DNA of 64,000 nt from Pseudomonadales bacterium. GTDB lineage: Bacteria > Pseudomonadota > Gammaproteobacteria > Pseudomonadales > UBA7434. Below the pieces are notes generated by a model. That model did not search any database, was not told the origin of the DNA, and worked only from the letters and a program-made list of their open reading frames with translations. The translations under genes and the position numbers were made by a program. Positions 13,290 to 24,026 of this stretch are shown one piece after another; within the stretch, counting starts at the first letter, position 1, and the number at the start of each line of letters is the position of its first letter. Where the stretch lies: the NCBI GenBank assembly GCA_965263235.1, contig OZ253667.1, forward strand, positions 642,189 to 706,188, written 5' to 3'.

Positions 13290-13414
13290 ATTCGTTTAAT
13301 TTCTTGGGCGCTGCGTTTAATGGCGGTTTTTTAATTGTTGCTTGAGCGTTATTGCACGAACACTCTTGTATGAAAGTTCTGGTTAAGACGATGTTGTTAG
13401 GCTAATTCGGGCGG

Positions 13415-16400
13415 TTGCTTGTGGTTGAAAAAATTCTTGGTAATGCTCGAACGATCTTGCTATTTGTTGCGCTGATAGTTGTTGCGGGGCTTTCGGCTTT
13501 TTCGCAATTGCCTCGTACCGAGGATCCTTACTTTCCGGCACGCTTTGCGTTTGTGCAAACACAATTCCCTGGCGCCGATGCAGAACTGATTGAGTCGCTG
13601 CTTACCGAGCCGTTAGAGCGTGCACTACGAACGAAGAAAGTGGTAAAAAATATTGAGTCCAATTCTTCCTTCGGTTTTTCTACTATCGTCATTGAGTTAG
13701 AGCACTACCTGCACAGGGATGAACTTGACGATGCATGGTCTGAAATTCTGGATGAAGTCGATTTATTTAGCGTACGTTTGCCGGAGGGGGCATCAAAGCC
13801 TTTTCTTGAGAAGGAGCGGTTTCCCGGCTACACCATGGTTTATGGGTTAACGCTCGAGAATGCCGGTGATAGCGACATCGATAATGACGTCGTTCTACTA
13901 AGCCGTATTGCGCAGGATGTGGAAAGTGAGCTCCTTTCGGTGCCCGGTACAGTCTATGTTGATACAGTCGGCGATCCTGGTGAAGAGGTCCTTGTCGAAC
14001 TGGATATGGCTAAAGTTATTACCAGTGGGCTCAGTATTGCCGAGATCAGTCGCCGTATTGCTGCGGCCGACACCAAGGTTTCTGCGGGTTCAATTACTGG
14101 TGGCAAGCATCGGTTTGCGATAGAAGTCTCGGGTAGTTTTAAAGATCTCGAGCGATTGCGAAAAATCCCATTACTAACCAGCAGCGAAGGAGCGCTGCTG
14201 CTAGGCGACGTGGCAACAGTAAAAAGGACCCCTGTTTCGCCCGCGCCGGTTTACGCGCTAATTTCTGGTGAGCGAGGCCTGGCAGTTGGCGCGAGGATGA
14301 ACGCTGATTTGCGGAGCGATCGATGGTCGAAGAATGTGAAGGATCGCATGCAGGAATATCAACAGTCGCTACCCTCAAACGTTAGTTTGCAGCTTATTTT
14401 TAATCAGGATGATTACACCAGTGACCGTTTGCTGAATCTGGTCATAAACGTTTTGATTGGTTTCTCGCTTATCTTTTTGGTGTTGTTGTGTACGCTGGGT
14501 TGGCGGTCGGCGCTGATCGTCGCGGCTTCTTTGCCATTGACAATACTTTTTGCGCTTTCGGCGATGAATATTCTAGGTCGATCAATCGACCAGATGTCGG
14601 TGACCGGCTTAATTATTGCGTTAGGTATTATGGTTGATAACGCTATTGTTATGGCTGATACCGTGGCTCGTTATCGCGGGTTGGGGCTTTCGCGTATCGA
14701 AGCGCAAATTAAGTCGGTTAAACGTCTATGGATGCCGTTGCTGGGCTCTACACTAACGACTGTATTTGCGTTTATGCCAATGGCTGTTCAGCAGGGGCCG
14801 ACCGGAGAGTTTATATCGGGTCTTGGAGTCTCGGTTATTTTTTCTTTAATCGGATCGTTTATTGTTTCACAGATCTTTGTGGCCGGAATGGCAGCGAGGT
14901 TTCTAAGCGCAAAGAAAGGAAAGGTAAATTGGTTTGCGTCCGGAGTAAGATTGCCGTTTTTGGGAAGCTTTTTGCGTAGGGCGATCGATTCCGCCATTAG
15001 GCATCCTGTGATTGCGGTACTACTGTTAATTACGCCGTCAGTAGCGGGCATATACGGCGCCTCAACGCTGCCGACGGAGTTTTTTCCTCCCTCCGATCGG
15101 GACATGATCAATATTGAAGTCTACATGCCGGTTTCTAATAATGCGGCGTCGACGAAATCGTTGATAGAGCAGGTTGATAGTGAGTTGGCCGGTGATGAAG
15201 AAATTGAATCTCTACACTGGTTTATTGGTTCAAATGCGCCCAAGGTCTATTACAACCTGCTTTACAGCGCAGACGGTGCACAGCACTATGCGCAAGCAAT
15301 GGTGCGCATGACCGACTTTAAAGTCGCCAATCGTAAGGTTTCAGAACTACAGCGCCTTCTGGACGCGAAATTTCCAGAAGCGCAGTTTGTTATTCGGCGT
15401 TTTCAGCAGGGGCCACCTTTTGCGCCGATTGAAGTTCGTGTGTTTGGGGATGATATTGATACCCTGTCGATGTTGGGCGAAAAGATAAAAGCAAGATTGT
15501 TGTCGTTGCCAGGTGTTATTAACGGCCAAACATCTATTTCCCAGGGAGAGCCAAAAGCCTTGTTAGCGGCAGACGAGGGTATTTTGCAGAGTATTGGTTT
15601 GACGATGAGCGACACAGCAAGCCAGACATTAGCAGCTACTGACGGCCTTGTTCAGGCGCAGTTGCTCGAGGACACGCAATCAGTGCCGATTAAGGTGCGT
15701 GCAAACTACTATAAGGAAGATACCGGTGTATTGCTGACGGATATTCCGTTGCAAGGACGGCTTGAAGGTGACGATGGGCTTTTTAGTACGCCACTGTCTT
15801 CGCTGGCCGACGTCGTTTATATTCCCGTGCGCAATACTATCGCGAGGCGAAACGGAAAGCGCATGAATAATATCACCGCGTATTTAGAAGACGGTGTTTT
15901 ACCCAGCGAGGTATTAAAGGTTTTTCGAGAGTCGTTGCTAAGCGACCCAATAGAGTTTCCTCAAGGTTACGAGATTGGATACGGCGGAGAGGCGGAGCAA
16001 AGTGATGAGGCGATAGGAGGCTTGTTTGCCACCTTTGGTTTGATTGCCGTGTTGATGGTGACATCGATCGTAATGGCGTTTAACTCGTTTCGTTTAACCG
16101 CACTGATACTCTTCGTAGGATTTCTTTCCGCAGGCCTGGGCATGCTTTCTTTGTGGGTGTCTCAATTTCCGTTTGGGTTTACGACCATTTTAGGCATCAT
16201 GGCGATGATTGGCCTGGCAATTAACGCTGCCATTGTCATCCTTGCCGAGTGCCGGTCAAACGCACAAGCCTGTCGAGGCGAGCGTGAGGCGATTGTTCAT
16301 TCTGTAATGCATTGCTCCCGTCATATAACTTCTACGACGATAACGACAATTATGGGGTTTTTGCCATTGCTGCTTGCGGGTGGCGGTTTTTGGCCACCGT

Positions 16401-16513
16401 TTGCCATCGTTGTTGCGGGTGGGACCTTACTTACCACCATATTGTCGCTGCTATTGGTGCCTGTTATATTTTCCCAGCTCGCTCGGCGCCGCACCTTTAC
16501 GGTTGTTCACTAG
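13415..16513 (+). CDS. efflux RND transporter permease (AcrB/HAE family)
   Basis: 1032 aa with a 12-TM/two-large-loop architecture and conserved TM4 region GLIIALGIMVDNAIVMAD. The TTG start is the most upstream start in the ORF. No outer-membrane factor gene is adjacent. Confidence 0.9.
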   Translation: MLVVEKILGNARTILLFVALIVVAGLSAFSQLPRTEDPYFPARFAFVQTQFPGADAELIESLLTEPLERALRTKKVVKNIESNSSFGFSTIVIELEHYLHRDELDDAWSEILDEVDLFSVRLPEGASKPFLEKERFPGYTMVYGLTLENAGDSDIDNDVVLLSRIAQDVESELLSVPGTVYVDTVGDPGEEVLVELDMAKVITSGLSIAEISRRIAAADTKVSAGSITGGKHRFAIEVSGSFKDLERLRKIPLLTSSEGALLLGDVATVKRTPVSPAPVYALISGERGLAVGARMNADLRSDRWSKNVKDRMQEYQQSLPSNVSLQLIFNQDDYTSDRLLNLVINVLIGFSLIFLVLLCTLGWRSALIVAASLPLTILFALSAMNILGRSIDQMSVTGLIIALGIMVDNAIVMADTVARYRGLGLSRIEAQIKSVKRLWMPLLGSTLTTVFAFMPMAVQQGPTGEFISGLGVSVIFSLIGSFIVSQIFVAGMAARFLSAKKGKVNWFASGVRLPFLGSFLRRAIDSAIRHPVIAVLLLITPSVAGIYGASTLPTEFFPPSDRDMINIEVYMPVSNNAASTKSLIEQVDSELAGDEEIESLHWFIGSNAPKVYYNLLYSADGAQHYAQAMVRMTDFKVANRKVSELQRLLDAKFPEAQFVIRRFQQGPPFAPIEVRVFGDDIDTLSMLGEKIKARLLSLPGVINGQTSISQGEPKALLAADEGILQSIGLTMSDTASQTLAATDGLVQAQLLEDTQSVPIKVRANYYKEDTGVLLTDIPLQGRLEGDDGLFSTPLSSLADVVYIPVRNTIARRNGKRMNNITAYLEDGVLPSEVLKVFRESLLSDPIEFPQGYEIGYGGEAEQSDEAIGGLFATFGLIAVLMVTSIVMAFNSFRLTALILFVGFLSAGLGMLSLWVSQFPFGFTTILGIMAMIGLAINAAIVILAECRSNAQACRGEREAIVHSVMHCSRHITSTTITTIMGFLPLLLAGGGFWPPFAIVVAGGTLLTTILSLLLVPVIFSQLARRRTFTVVH

Positions 16514-16669
16514 TTAGCTAGAGAAATATTCCCGATTGCCATACGGATACTCGCTTCTCGCGCCGGTAATCTGTTGATTAAATAAAGCCGCTTTTCCATT
16601 CGCATCGTATCTATTTAGCGTAAAATACGCGCGCCTTTGATTTGATAGATTTATTGGATTTTAACCATT

Positions 16670-18460
16670 ATGTATGACTACAAAGCACCTGTTCGCGATT
16701 CTGAATTTGTTTACTTTGAACTATTCGATTTTGAGTCGCTGTATCAAGAGTTAGGCTACGGTGATGTTACTCGAGAGTTGTGGCTGTCCATCGCCAAAGA
16801 AGCTGCCAAGTTTGCAGAAGAAGAGGTAGCGCCTGTCTGGCAAAGTGGTGATAGTGAGGGCTGTACCTGGAAAGATGGCGAGGTAACTACGCCTAAAGGG
16901 TTTAAAGAGGCATACCAAAAGTTCATGGAAAGTGGCTGGCCTTTGATGGACTACAGTGAGGACGAAGGCGGGCAGGCGCTTCCCGAGTCGGTGCGTACCG
17001 CTGTTTCGGAATATTGGGCTACCGCGAACTATGCGTGGTCAACTTTTATTGGTTTTGGCTGGGCAGGCAGTAAGAGTTTGCGAGGCTTTGCGTCTAAGGC
17101 GCTACAAGATAAATATATTCCCAAGTTTGCAACCGGAGAGTGGCTAGGCACGATGTGTCTAACAGAACCACACTGTGGTACAGATCTTGGCCTGATGCGA
17201 ACAAAAGCAACGCCAAAAGGTGAAGATGGTGTTTACGAGATTTCTGGAACAAAAATATTTATAACCTCTGGTGAGCACGACTTTACCGAAAATATCGTGC
17301 ATTTGGTGTTGGCAAAGATTGAGGGCGCGCCGGAAGGTACAGCGGGTATTTCCCTGTTTGTAGTGCCTAAGTTTCTTAGCGATGACGAAGGTAATCTCGG
17401 TGAAAGAAACGGTGTGAGCTGTGGCTCTCTTGAGCACAAGATGGGTATTAAGGCTTCGGCGACTTGCGTAATGAACTTTGATGGTGCTGAAGGCTATCTC
17501 GTTGGTGAACAGCATCGCGGCTTACAGGCGATGTTTTTAATGATGAATGCCGCGCGAATCGGCACGGGCCTGCAAGGTATGGCGCACGCTGAGCTCGGTT
17601 TGCAAAAATCAGTTGGCTACGCGCGCGAACGTTTGCAAATGCGTTCGCTGGCAGGCCCGCAAGCGCCCGAGCAAAAAGCTGATCCTATTATCGTTCACCC
17701 CGATGTTCGTCGCATGTTGCTTACGCAAAAAGCGATCGCTGAGGGCGGTCGTATGTTTGTTGCGTATTGCGCGAGACTTGTTGATATCAATAAAGCGCAC
17801 GCAGATGAAAAAGTGCGTGCACATGCGGATATGCAACTTTCGTTTGTTACGCCAATCGTTAAGGCACTACTCACGGAGCTAGGTTTTGAGAGTTCGAGCC
17901 TGGGTATGCAGTGTTACGGTGGGCACGGGTATATTAAAGAGTGGGGGATGGAACAGAACGTTCGCGATTCCCGTATTGCCATGTTGTATGAAGGAACCAC
18001 AGGGGTTCAAGCGTTAGATTTACTTGGTCGAAAAATGCTTGCTACCCAGGGTAAAGCGGCTGAGCCGTTTTTTGCTGAGGTTGCTGCATTTTGTGCGGAG
18101 CATCAAGATGATGAGCGTGTACAGATGCTTGCCAGCTTGTTGCCGCGACTACAAAAGATTACCCAGGCCGTTGGCGAAAAAGCAATGAGCGATCCCAACG
18201 AAGTGGGCGCTGCGTCGGTTGATTATCTGATGTTCACTGGTTACACAATTTTAGGGTACCTTTGGGCAAAAGCTGCTAACCTTGCGCAAAGCAAAATTGA
18301 CGCTGGCGATAATTCTGATTTTTACCAGGCGAAAGTTGCCACTGCGAACTTTTACTATGCCAAAATTTTGCCGCGCGTCGAAGCATTAGAAGCAAGTATC
18401 TTAAATGGTGGCGCTTCTTTATCGGCAATGACAGAAGACCAGTTTTTGGCACACTTATAA
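16670..18460 (+). CDS. long-form acyl-CoA dehydrogenase
   Basis: 596 aa. It has ACAD signatures (CLTEPHCGTDLG, YEGTTGVQALDL) and an extended C-terminal domain. Confidence 0.9.
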   Translation: MYDYKAPVRDSEFVYFELFDFESLYQELGYGDVTRELWLSIAKEAAKFAEEEVAPVWQSGDSEGCTWKDGEVTTPKGFKEAYQKFMESGWPLMDYSEDEGGQALPESVRTAVSEYWATANYAWSTFIGFGWAGSKSLRGFASKALQDKYIPKFATGEWLGTMCLTEPHCGTDLGLMRTKATPKGEDGVYEISGTKIFITSGEHDFTENIVHLVLAKIEGAPEGTAGISLFVVPKFLSDDEGNLGERNGVSCGSLEHKMGIKASATCVMNFDGAEGYLVGEQHRGLQAMFLMMNAARIGTGLQGMAHAELGLQKSVGYARERLQMRSLAGPQAPEQKADPIIVHPDVRRMLLTQKAIAEGGRMFVAYCARLVDINKAHADEKVRAHADMQLSFVTPIVKALLTELGFESSSLGMQCYGGHGYIKEWGMEQNVRDSRIAMLYEGTTGVQALDLLGRKMLATQGKAAEPFFAEVAAFCAEHQDDERVQMLASLLPRLQKITQAVGEKAMSDPNEVGAASVDYLMFTGYTILGYLWAKAANLAQSKIDAGDNSDFYQAKVATANFYYAKILPRVEALEASILNGGASLSAMTEDQFLAHL

Positions 18461-18495
18461 GGGCTTTAATATAGGGGCTTTAAAAACTGTTTGCA

Positions 18496-18527
18496 AAAAA
18501 GGGCCGCTATTAGCGGCTCTTTTTTTA
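18496..18527 (+). terminator. rho-independent terminator after the acyl-CoA dehydrogenase gene
   Basis: The hairpin aaaaaagggccgcta-t-tagcggctc is followed by a T7 run. Confidence 0.7.
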
Positions 18528-18601
18528 TGGTGTTAAGTTTGTCGGACGTTTTCTTTTTACAGGCTGTTTGCTCAGTGGGAATCTAACATAACGGTTTACG
18601 T

Positions 18602-19825
18602 GTGCAGGAAATCTTCCAAACATCTTTAAGTGATGGAGCGTTGCGTCTTCTTCGTAATGGTGAGCGTAGCAGCACATTGCGAGCCTGGGATACTGCTGAT
18701 CTCTATTTGCTTCGTGAGTTTGAAAAACAATGGCGAAACAAGGTTTTTCCGGTTGAGGAGCGCTGCTGTGTTTGGTTGCTGAACGATAATTTTGGCGCGT
18801 TAACGGTTGCCCTGCAAGCCTGGGCGATTGAGCATAATCTGGCGCTAGATCTCATTTGTTATAGCGATTCTTGTTTAGCGAAGCAGGCGGTTTGCGCAAA
18901 TCTGGGCCGCAACAACCTGAGTGATCTCACCAGTGCGATAAGGTATGTGGATGATATAGAAGCGCTAGAAAACTGTGAAACACCAAATATTGTTATTGGT
19001 CGCGTGCCAAAAGCAAAGGCGCAATTGAGTTATCTTGCCTGTTCACTTCGTGAGAGTGTGGAGCACAATACATTGTTGATGCTTGCAGGAATGGACAAGC
19101 ATTTGTCGAAGGGTCAGTTCGACGCGATATCAACGTATTATGGCGAGGCTTCCTTTCTTCCCGCTGTGCAAAAAGCGCGAGTTTGGCTGGCATATTGCGA
19201 TCATTCGCTGAGTGCAGCTTTTAATCCGGCGGTTAGTTATCAAATTTCGGATATGAAAACCGACGACAAACTGGCCCTGGTTTCGCTTCCCAATAACTTT
19301 AGTTATGGCAAGCTTGATATAGGGACACGCTTTTTACTCGAGAACCTGGCCAAAGCGCCTGTCTGTGAAAAGGTGGTCGACCTGGCTTGTGGAAATGGGG
19401 TTATCGGGCTTGTTTATGCCCGCTTAAATGCACCAAAACATTTGATGTTCTCTGACGAGTCCTTTCAGGCGATTCAAGCGGCTAGAAAAAATGTTGAGCA
19501 ATGGGAAAATAATGGTTGGCTAGCTAGAGGCGAAACCTCGTTTCAGTTTTCGGTTGATGACGCGTTAAAAGAGCAGGGTACTCATTCCGTCGATTTTATC
19601 TTATGTAATCCACCGTTCCATCAAGCGACGAGTGTCGGGCGAAGAGTGGCTGCTTCAATGTTTCGTGAGGCGCATCGTTGCCTGAGTTCCAGCGGCGTAT
19701 TGTGGGTGGTCGCAAACCGGCATTTGGGATATCACCAATCCATTAAAGCAGCCTTTAAGAACTGCGAAGTGGTGGCGGGAAATAACAAGTTTGTCATCCT
19801 CAGCGCGCAAAAGCGTTGTGGTTAG
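18602..19825 (+). CDS. rlmG: 23S rRNA (guanine-N2)-methyltransferase RlmG-like
   Basis: 407 aa with a GTG start. It has the N-terminal pattern LRAWDTADLYLLREF, the SAM motif VVDLACGNGVIG and the catalytic NPPFH. Confidence 0.7.
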   Translation: MQEIFQTSLSDGALRLLRNGERSSTLRAWDTADLYLLREFEKQWRNKVFPVEERCCVWLLNDNFGALTVALQAWAIEHNLALDLICYSDSCLAKQAVCANLGRNNLSDLTSAIRYVDDIEALENCETPNIVIGRVPKAKAQLSYLACSLRESVEHNTLLMLAGMDKHLSKGQFDAISTYYGEASFLPAVQKARVWLAYCDHSLSAAFNPAVSYQISDMKTDDKLALVSLPNNFSYGKLDIGTRFLLENLAKAPVCEKVVDLACGNGVIGLVYARLNAPKHLMFSDESFQAIQAARKNVEQWENNGWLARGETSFQFSVDDALKEQGTHSVDFILCNPPFHQATSVGRRVAASMFREAHRCLSSSGVLWVVANRHLGYHQSIKAAFKNCEVVAGNNKFVILSAQKRCG

Positions 19826-19879
19826 ATAGTTAGACCAAGCGCAACGCTTTTAAACGCTAGCTACAAAGGTTGAAGATGG

Positions 19880-20065
19880 TTATCTTTCGCCTGGGAAAGT
19901 GGTGCCCGAAGAGTCGCAGGATATTTTGCATAGCTGGTCGCCGTAGTAATTGTTGGCATAATTGCAAACTAAACTTTCCCTGCCTGAATCAGTAATCGAG
20001 TTTTTTTCGCCCTGACGATGCTTTGTCGTTGTAGATCTTAATAACTGGATGAGCGCATTTTTCAT
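19880..20065 (-). CDS. hypothetical small protein (61 aa, 3 Cys)
   Basis: An intergenic ORF with a strong Shine-Dalgarno (gcaaaggagaccactATG). No family was recognised. Confidence 0.35.
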   Translation of the reverse strand: MKNALIQLLRSTTTKHRQGEKNSITDSGRESLVCNYANNYYGDQLCKISCDSSGTTFPGER

Positions 20066-20174
20066 AGTGGTCTCCTTTGCTTGTTGAGCGTTAGCAAGTT
20101 GATGACCTTAGTATTCAATGCCGAAGACATTAAGTACAACCATAAAAAGCGAAGTTATGATTCGAAATTATAAA

Positions 20175-21449
20175 TCAAGTGCTATGAATGTCGGTGCGAT
20201 GTTGCGCGTATGCCCACTCCAAAAAACGGTGGATAGCGGCTATCGTAAGCTCAGTGCGTGGTGAGTGGATTAACTCGAACGCATGATCAGCGCCAATGAG
20301 CTTTGCAAAAGCGACCGGATTGGTTGATTTGTTCTCTAGCGTCAACGCAAAAGCGCTGGATTCTTCGATAGGGATAATACTGTCTCGAGTACCATGGATA
20401 ATAAAAAATGGCGGCGCGTGGGGGCCTACCTGGTCGACGGGAGAATAGTTTTGCCAGGCTTCCGGCTCTTCGTCGGGAAGGCTGTGCATGATCTGCTGTT
20501 CCAGAAACTTTTGTGTCTCTTTGCCGCGTACTGCGGGGTTATACCGGGTGAACAGGTCGAAAGCACCGAATAGCGGCACGCAAGCCTGTACACGGGTGTC
20601 GACCTTGATATCGTCCGGCTGCAGCGAGGGGTTATTAGCTGTTAGTCCCATCAGGGCAGTCAAGTGGCCGCCCGCTGAACCACCGGTCGTAGCAACAAAA
20701 TTTGTATCCATGCCATACTCGCCGCCGTGCGTTTTTATCCAGTCTAACGCTTTTTTGCAGTCATGCAGATGCTTGGGGTAGCCAACACTTGGGCTCAGCC
20801 GATAATTTATCGCAACACATGTCCAGCCGCGTCGTGCCATGAGGTGCATTAAGGGTAAGCCCTGATGCGATTTGTCGCCTATGATCCACGCGCCGCCGTG
20901 AATTTGTAATAGTACTGGGCTGCCCGCGTCAGGAATATTTTTTCTGGTATCGCCTGCAGGGCGATAAATGTCGAGTGTTTGTCGAATACCGCCATTGTCG
21001 TAGGGGATATTGCGAATAATCTCGATCCTGTCATCGCTAAATGAGATCGGATTTTTCCAGTCGTCAAACGTTATCGTGCTTTTAAACAGCGCGCGCCTTG
21101 CTTGCGGAATTGCCTGTTGGTAGTTGTCGCCCAGTGCCTCACGCAAAGCGACTTCGAGCTGGCGATCTGTTTTAAAGGCGCGAAAGAAGTGCCATGCAAG
21201 CACAGGCCAGCAGATGATTAAAATCCACATGGCGAGAATTCCAATCGGAGAAAACAGCGCGCCAAATAGAATAAGCACAAATGCAGATATTATTTGCAGT
21301 GCCAACAATAGCCATGCTAGCTCGATCGTAAAGTTGGAAAATGCAAAAACGAGCACTGTCCAGTACATGTTGGGATAACGGCGAGGTATTAACGAGAAGG
21401 CCACTCCGGTCGCGCTAGCGAATGCGAGCATTAGCAAAAGAATCGACAT
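20175..21449 (-). CDS. membrane-anchored alpha/beta hydrolase (esterase/lipase, Abhydrolase_3 type)
   Basis: 424 aa. The N-terminus has about 3 TM helices. It carries the oxyanion motif HGGAW and the nucleophile elbow GGSAGGH. Confidence 0.8.
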   Translation of the reverse strand: MSILLLMLAFASATGVAFSLIPRRYPNMYWTVLVFAFSNFTIELAWLLLALQIISAFVLILFGALFSPIGILAMWILIICWPVLAWHFFRAFKTDRQLEVALREALGDNYQQAIPQARRALFKSTITFDDWKNPISFSDDRIEIIRNIPYDNGGIRQTLDIYRPAGDTRKNIPDAGSPVLLQIHGGAWIIGDKSHQGLPLMHLMARRGWTCVAINYRLSPSVGYPKHLHDCKKALDWIKTHGGEYGMDTNFVATTGGSAGGHLTALMGLTANNPSLQPDDIKVDTRVQACVPLFGAFDLFTRYNPAVRGKETQKFLEQQIMHSLPDEEPEAWQNYSPVDQVGPHAPPFFIIHGTRDSIIPIEESSAFALTLENKSTNPVAFAKLIGADHAFELIHSPRTELTIAAIHRFLEWAYAQHRTDIHST

Positions 21450-21807
21450 TAAGCAGTTACCTTTGAGGTTATATTCCGATCTTATAGGTTGTCAGGTTAA
21501 TGGGCTAACGATTATGTTTTGTGCAATCAAATGATGGAGCTTTATATCACACGCAAAACGAATTCTTATATTCAAACTGCCAAAAGTTGACGCCAATCAT
21601 GTGTTATTGAAAAGCTCGCACGGCTTCTTTTTGGTGCTTCGCGCACCAAGGCGGCGCTATCTATCCATCGGCACGCTAGAGTAAAATTCGATCTATTTTA
21701 ATGCATCTAATTGAATATTATGTAGAAAATGTTCTTGGCTTGGTATGTGCGTGATAGCAATCGTCCGTACCCTTGTCATACGAGACAATACATTCTAGTT
21801 AAGAAAT

Positions 21808-21940
21808 AGAGCGCTAGGGTTCCGGTTGGCATTTAAAGTTTGTTTGCCAACGTCTGGTCCGAGAGCGGTCGACCTCAACCTTTCGGTGCGCTGCATTGAT
21901 AAGGCATGGGTTACACGGCGGGAAAAAAGCCCGGGAGACT
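21808..21940 (+). promoter_or_regulatory. guanidine-I (ykkC/yxkD) riboswitch aptamer
   Basis: All three hallmark conserved blocks are present in order: ctagggttccgg (21814-21825), ctggtccgagag (21854-21865) and acacggcgggaaaaaagcccgggaga (21913-21938). The element lies 77 nt upstream of an NMT1-type ABC / carboxylase operon, which is the classic genomic context. Confidence 0.85.
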
Positions 21941-22016
21941 TGCTTGGTCTTGGATGCCAGGGGTACTCCGTGTCAATCACATGCTTTTTGCTTAGCGCAA
22001 ACTGAGAGGTCCTTCC

Positions 22017-23000
22017 ATGAAACGTCTTTCCACATTTGTTTTAGCCCTAACTTATTCATTGCTCGCGTTGCTGGGTTCGTCTGGCAGCTATGCCGAGCCT
22101 GCTTTAAAAATTGGATACAGCGATTGGCCTGGCTGGGTAGCCTGGGAGATCGCTATTGAAAAAGACATGTTTGAAAAAGCTGGTGTTGACGTTGAGTTTG
22201 AGTGGTTTGATTACGTTGCAAGTATGGACGCGTTTGCCGCGGGTCAGCTAGATGCCGTCGCTATGACTAACGGTGATACCCTGGTGACTGGTGCAACGGG
22301 AGCGCAGGGAGTGATGATTTTGATCAATGACTACTCCAACGGCAACGACATGGTAGTAGCTCGGCCTGGCATTGAGTCCGTTGCTGACTTGAAAGGGAAG
22401 AAAATTGGCGTTGAAATCGGCTTCGTTGGGCATTTACTGTTGTTGAATGCGCTAGAAAAAAATGGCTTGAGCGAAAGCGATGTGAAGCTTGTGAATGTGC
22501 CTACTAACGAAACTCCCCAGGTTTTGGCGTCAGGTGATGTGGATGCGATTGTCGCGTGGCAGCCTAACTCTGGTCAGGCACTTGATCTAGTCCCTGGCTC
22601 AACTCGCATTTACTCAAGCGCGGATGAACCTGGCTTAATCTATGACGTGTTAGCTGTTTCACCATCGAGCTTGCAAGCGCGAAAAGCAGACTGGAAGAAG
22701 GTGCTGAAAGTTTGGTATGAAGCGGTAGATTTCTTGAATGACCCAGCTACGCGAGAAGAGGCAGTATCTATCATGGCAGCGCGTGTTGGTCTTGAGCCAG
22801 ATGTTTACAAAGGCTTTATTAGCGGCACTAAAATTCTAACGCTGGAAGAGGCGAAGGCATTTGTAGGTAAAGAAGCCGGGTTCAAATCTTTGTACGGTTC
22901 TTCAAAAATTTCTGACGAGTTTAATGTGGCGAACGAAGTTTATAGTGACGTTCAGGATCTGGATATCTATATCGATACAAGTATCCTGGAGTCAATGTAG
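22017..23000 (+). CDS. ABC transporter substrate-binding protein (NMT1/THI5-like, urea-carboxylase-associated type)
   Basis: 327 aa with a signal peptide ([14 protein letters not shown]) and the NMT1-like pattern [12 protein letters not shown]. It is the first gene after the riboswitch. Confidence 0.85.
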   Translation: MKRLSTFVLALTYSLLALLGSSGSYAEPALKIGYSDWPGWVAWEIAIEKDMFEKAGVDVEFEWFDYVASMDAFAAGQLDAVAMTNGDTLVTGATGAQGVMILINDYSNGNDMVVARPGIESVADLKGKKIGVEIGFVGHLLLLNALEKNGLSESDVKLVNVPTNETPQVLASGDVDAIVAWQPNSGQALDLVPGSTRIYSSADEPGLIYDVLAVSPSSLQARKADWKKVLKVWYEAVDFLNDPATREEAVSIMAARVGLEPDVYKGFISGTKILTLEEAKAFVGKEAGFKSLYGSSKISDEFNVANEVYSDVQDLDIYIDTSILESM

Positions 23001-23063
23001 CTACTCATATAGAAAGCGCCCTTGCGACTTTAAATTCTATGAGCATGTTCCTGTTGCCTGATT

Positions 23064-24026
23064 ATGTCTAACGAACTCCTTAAAGTGTGCTTGCCCATGA
23101 GCAGGCCAAAAAGGCGCTTCGTAACGCTGTTGAGCTTTGTTTTTCCTATTCTTTTATGGTGTGCAGTGAGTTACCTGCCTTTTTTCTGGCATCCGATGGT
23201 TAAGATTGAGCAGCCGGGTGATGTTGGATATTTCAAGCAGGGGATGCTGGTGGAAAGGGAATTGTTCAACAAGGAATATGCTGGTGTTGAGAGTGCGGGC
23301 GGCGCTGTGCCTAGCGGCGCTCGTGCCAATCCGATCTACCTGCCGGCACCGCATGAGGTGGTAACGGCACTTTACACGTCGTTCACAACCGAGCCTCAAC
23401 GTCGCAGCGAAAAGTGGTTGCATGAAAGCCTTTGGAGCAGTATCCAGGTGATATTCTGGGGCTTCTTCCTATCATCGTTGTTCGGTGTGCCACTGGGTAT
23501 TCTTGCAGGAACATATGATTTCTTTTCGAGATTATTCGAGCCTTTTATTGAGTTCTTTCGCTATCTTCCCGCGCCAGCATTTGGTGCATTGGCAGTGGCA
23601 ATTCTCGGGATTTATAACGCGCCGAAAATAGCGATTATTTTTATAGGCACCTTCTTTCAACAGGTGTTGGTAATCGCAAATACAACGCGGAAATTAGATC
23701 GCTCACTTGTAGAGGCAGCGCAAACGCTCGGGGCAAAGAACAAGTCCCTGTTGTTTAAGGTTGTTGTTCCAGGTGTGTTGCCAGACCTCTACCGAGATAT
23801 GCGCATATTGTTAGGCTGGGCCTGGACCTATTTAATAGTTGCAGAATTAATTGGGACTAGCTCAGGTATTACCTGGTTTATAACTCAGCAGGCGCGCTAC
23901 AAAAATTTTGATAACGTGTTTGCCGCGATTTTTATCATCGGAATTATCGGATTGACATCAGACCTTTTATTGGCAGCGCTGGGTAAACGCCTTTTCCCAT
24001 GGCAGAAAACTGAGGCGGGTTCTTAA
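23064..24026 (+). CDS. ABC transporter permease
   Basis: 320 aa, multi-TM, with the EAA-like loop [23 protein letters not shown]. Its stop overlaps the next start (TAATG). Confidence 0.85.
   Translation: MSNELLKVCLPMSRPKRRFVTLLSFVFPILLWCAVSYLPFFWHPMVKIEQPGDVGYFKQGMLVERELFNKEYAGVESAGGAVPSGARANPIYLPAPHEVVTALYTSFTTEPQRRSEKWLHESLWSSIQVIFWGFFLSSLFGVPLGILAGTYDFFSRLFEPFIEFFRYLPAPAFGALAVAILGIYNAPKIAIIFIGTFFQQVLVIANTTRKLDRSLVEAAQTLGAKNKSLLFKVVVPGVLPDLYRDMRILLGWAWTYLIVAELIGTSSGITWFITQQARYKNFDNVFAAIFIIGIIGLTSDLLLAALGKRLFPWQKTEAGS

Noticed and set aside
21590-21660. The hairpin ttggtgc-ttcgc-gcaccaa in the long leader upstream of the riboswitch.
   Set aside because: The T-run precedes the stem on the plus strand, and the stem is followed by an A-run on the minus strand. 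It therefore does not fit a terminator for either neighbouring gene. No other function could be supported.
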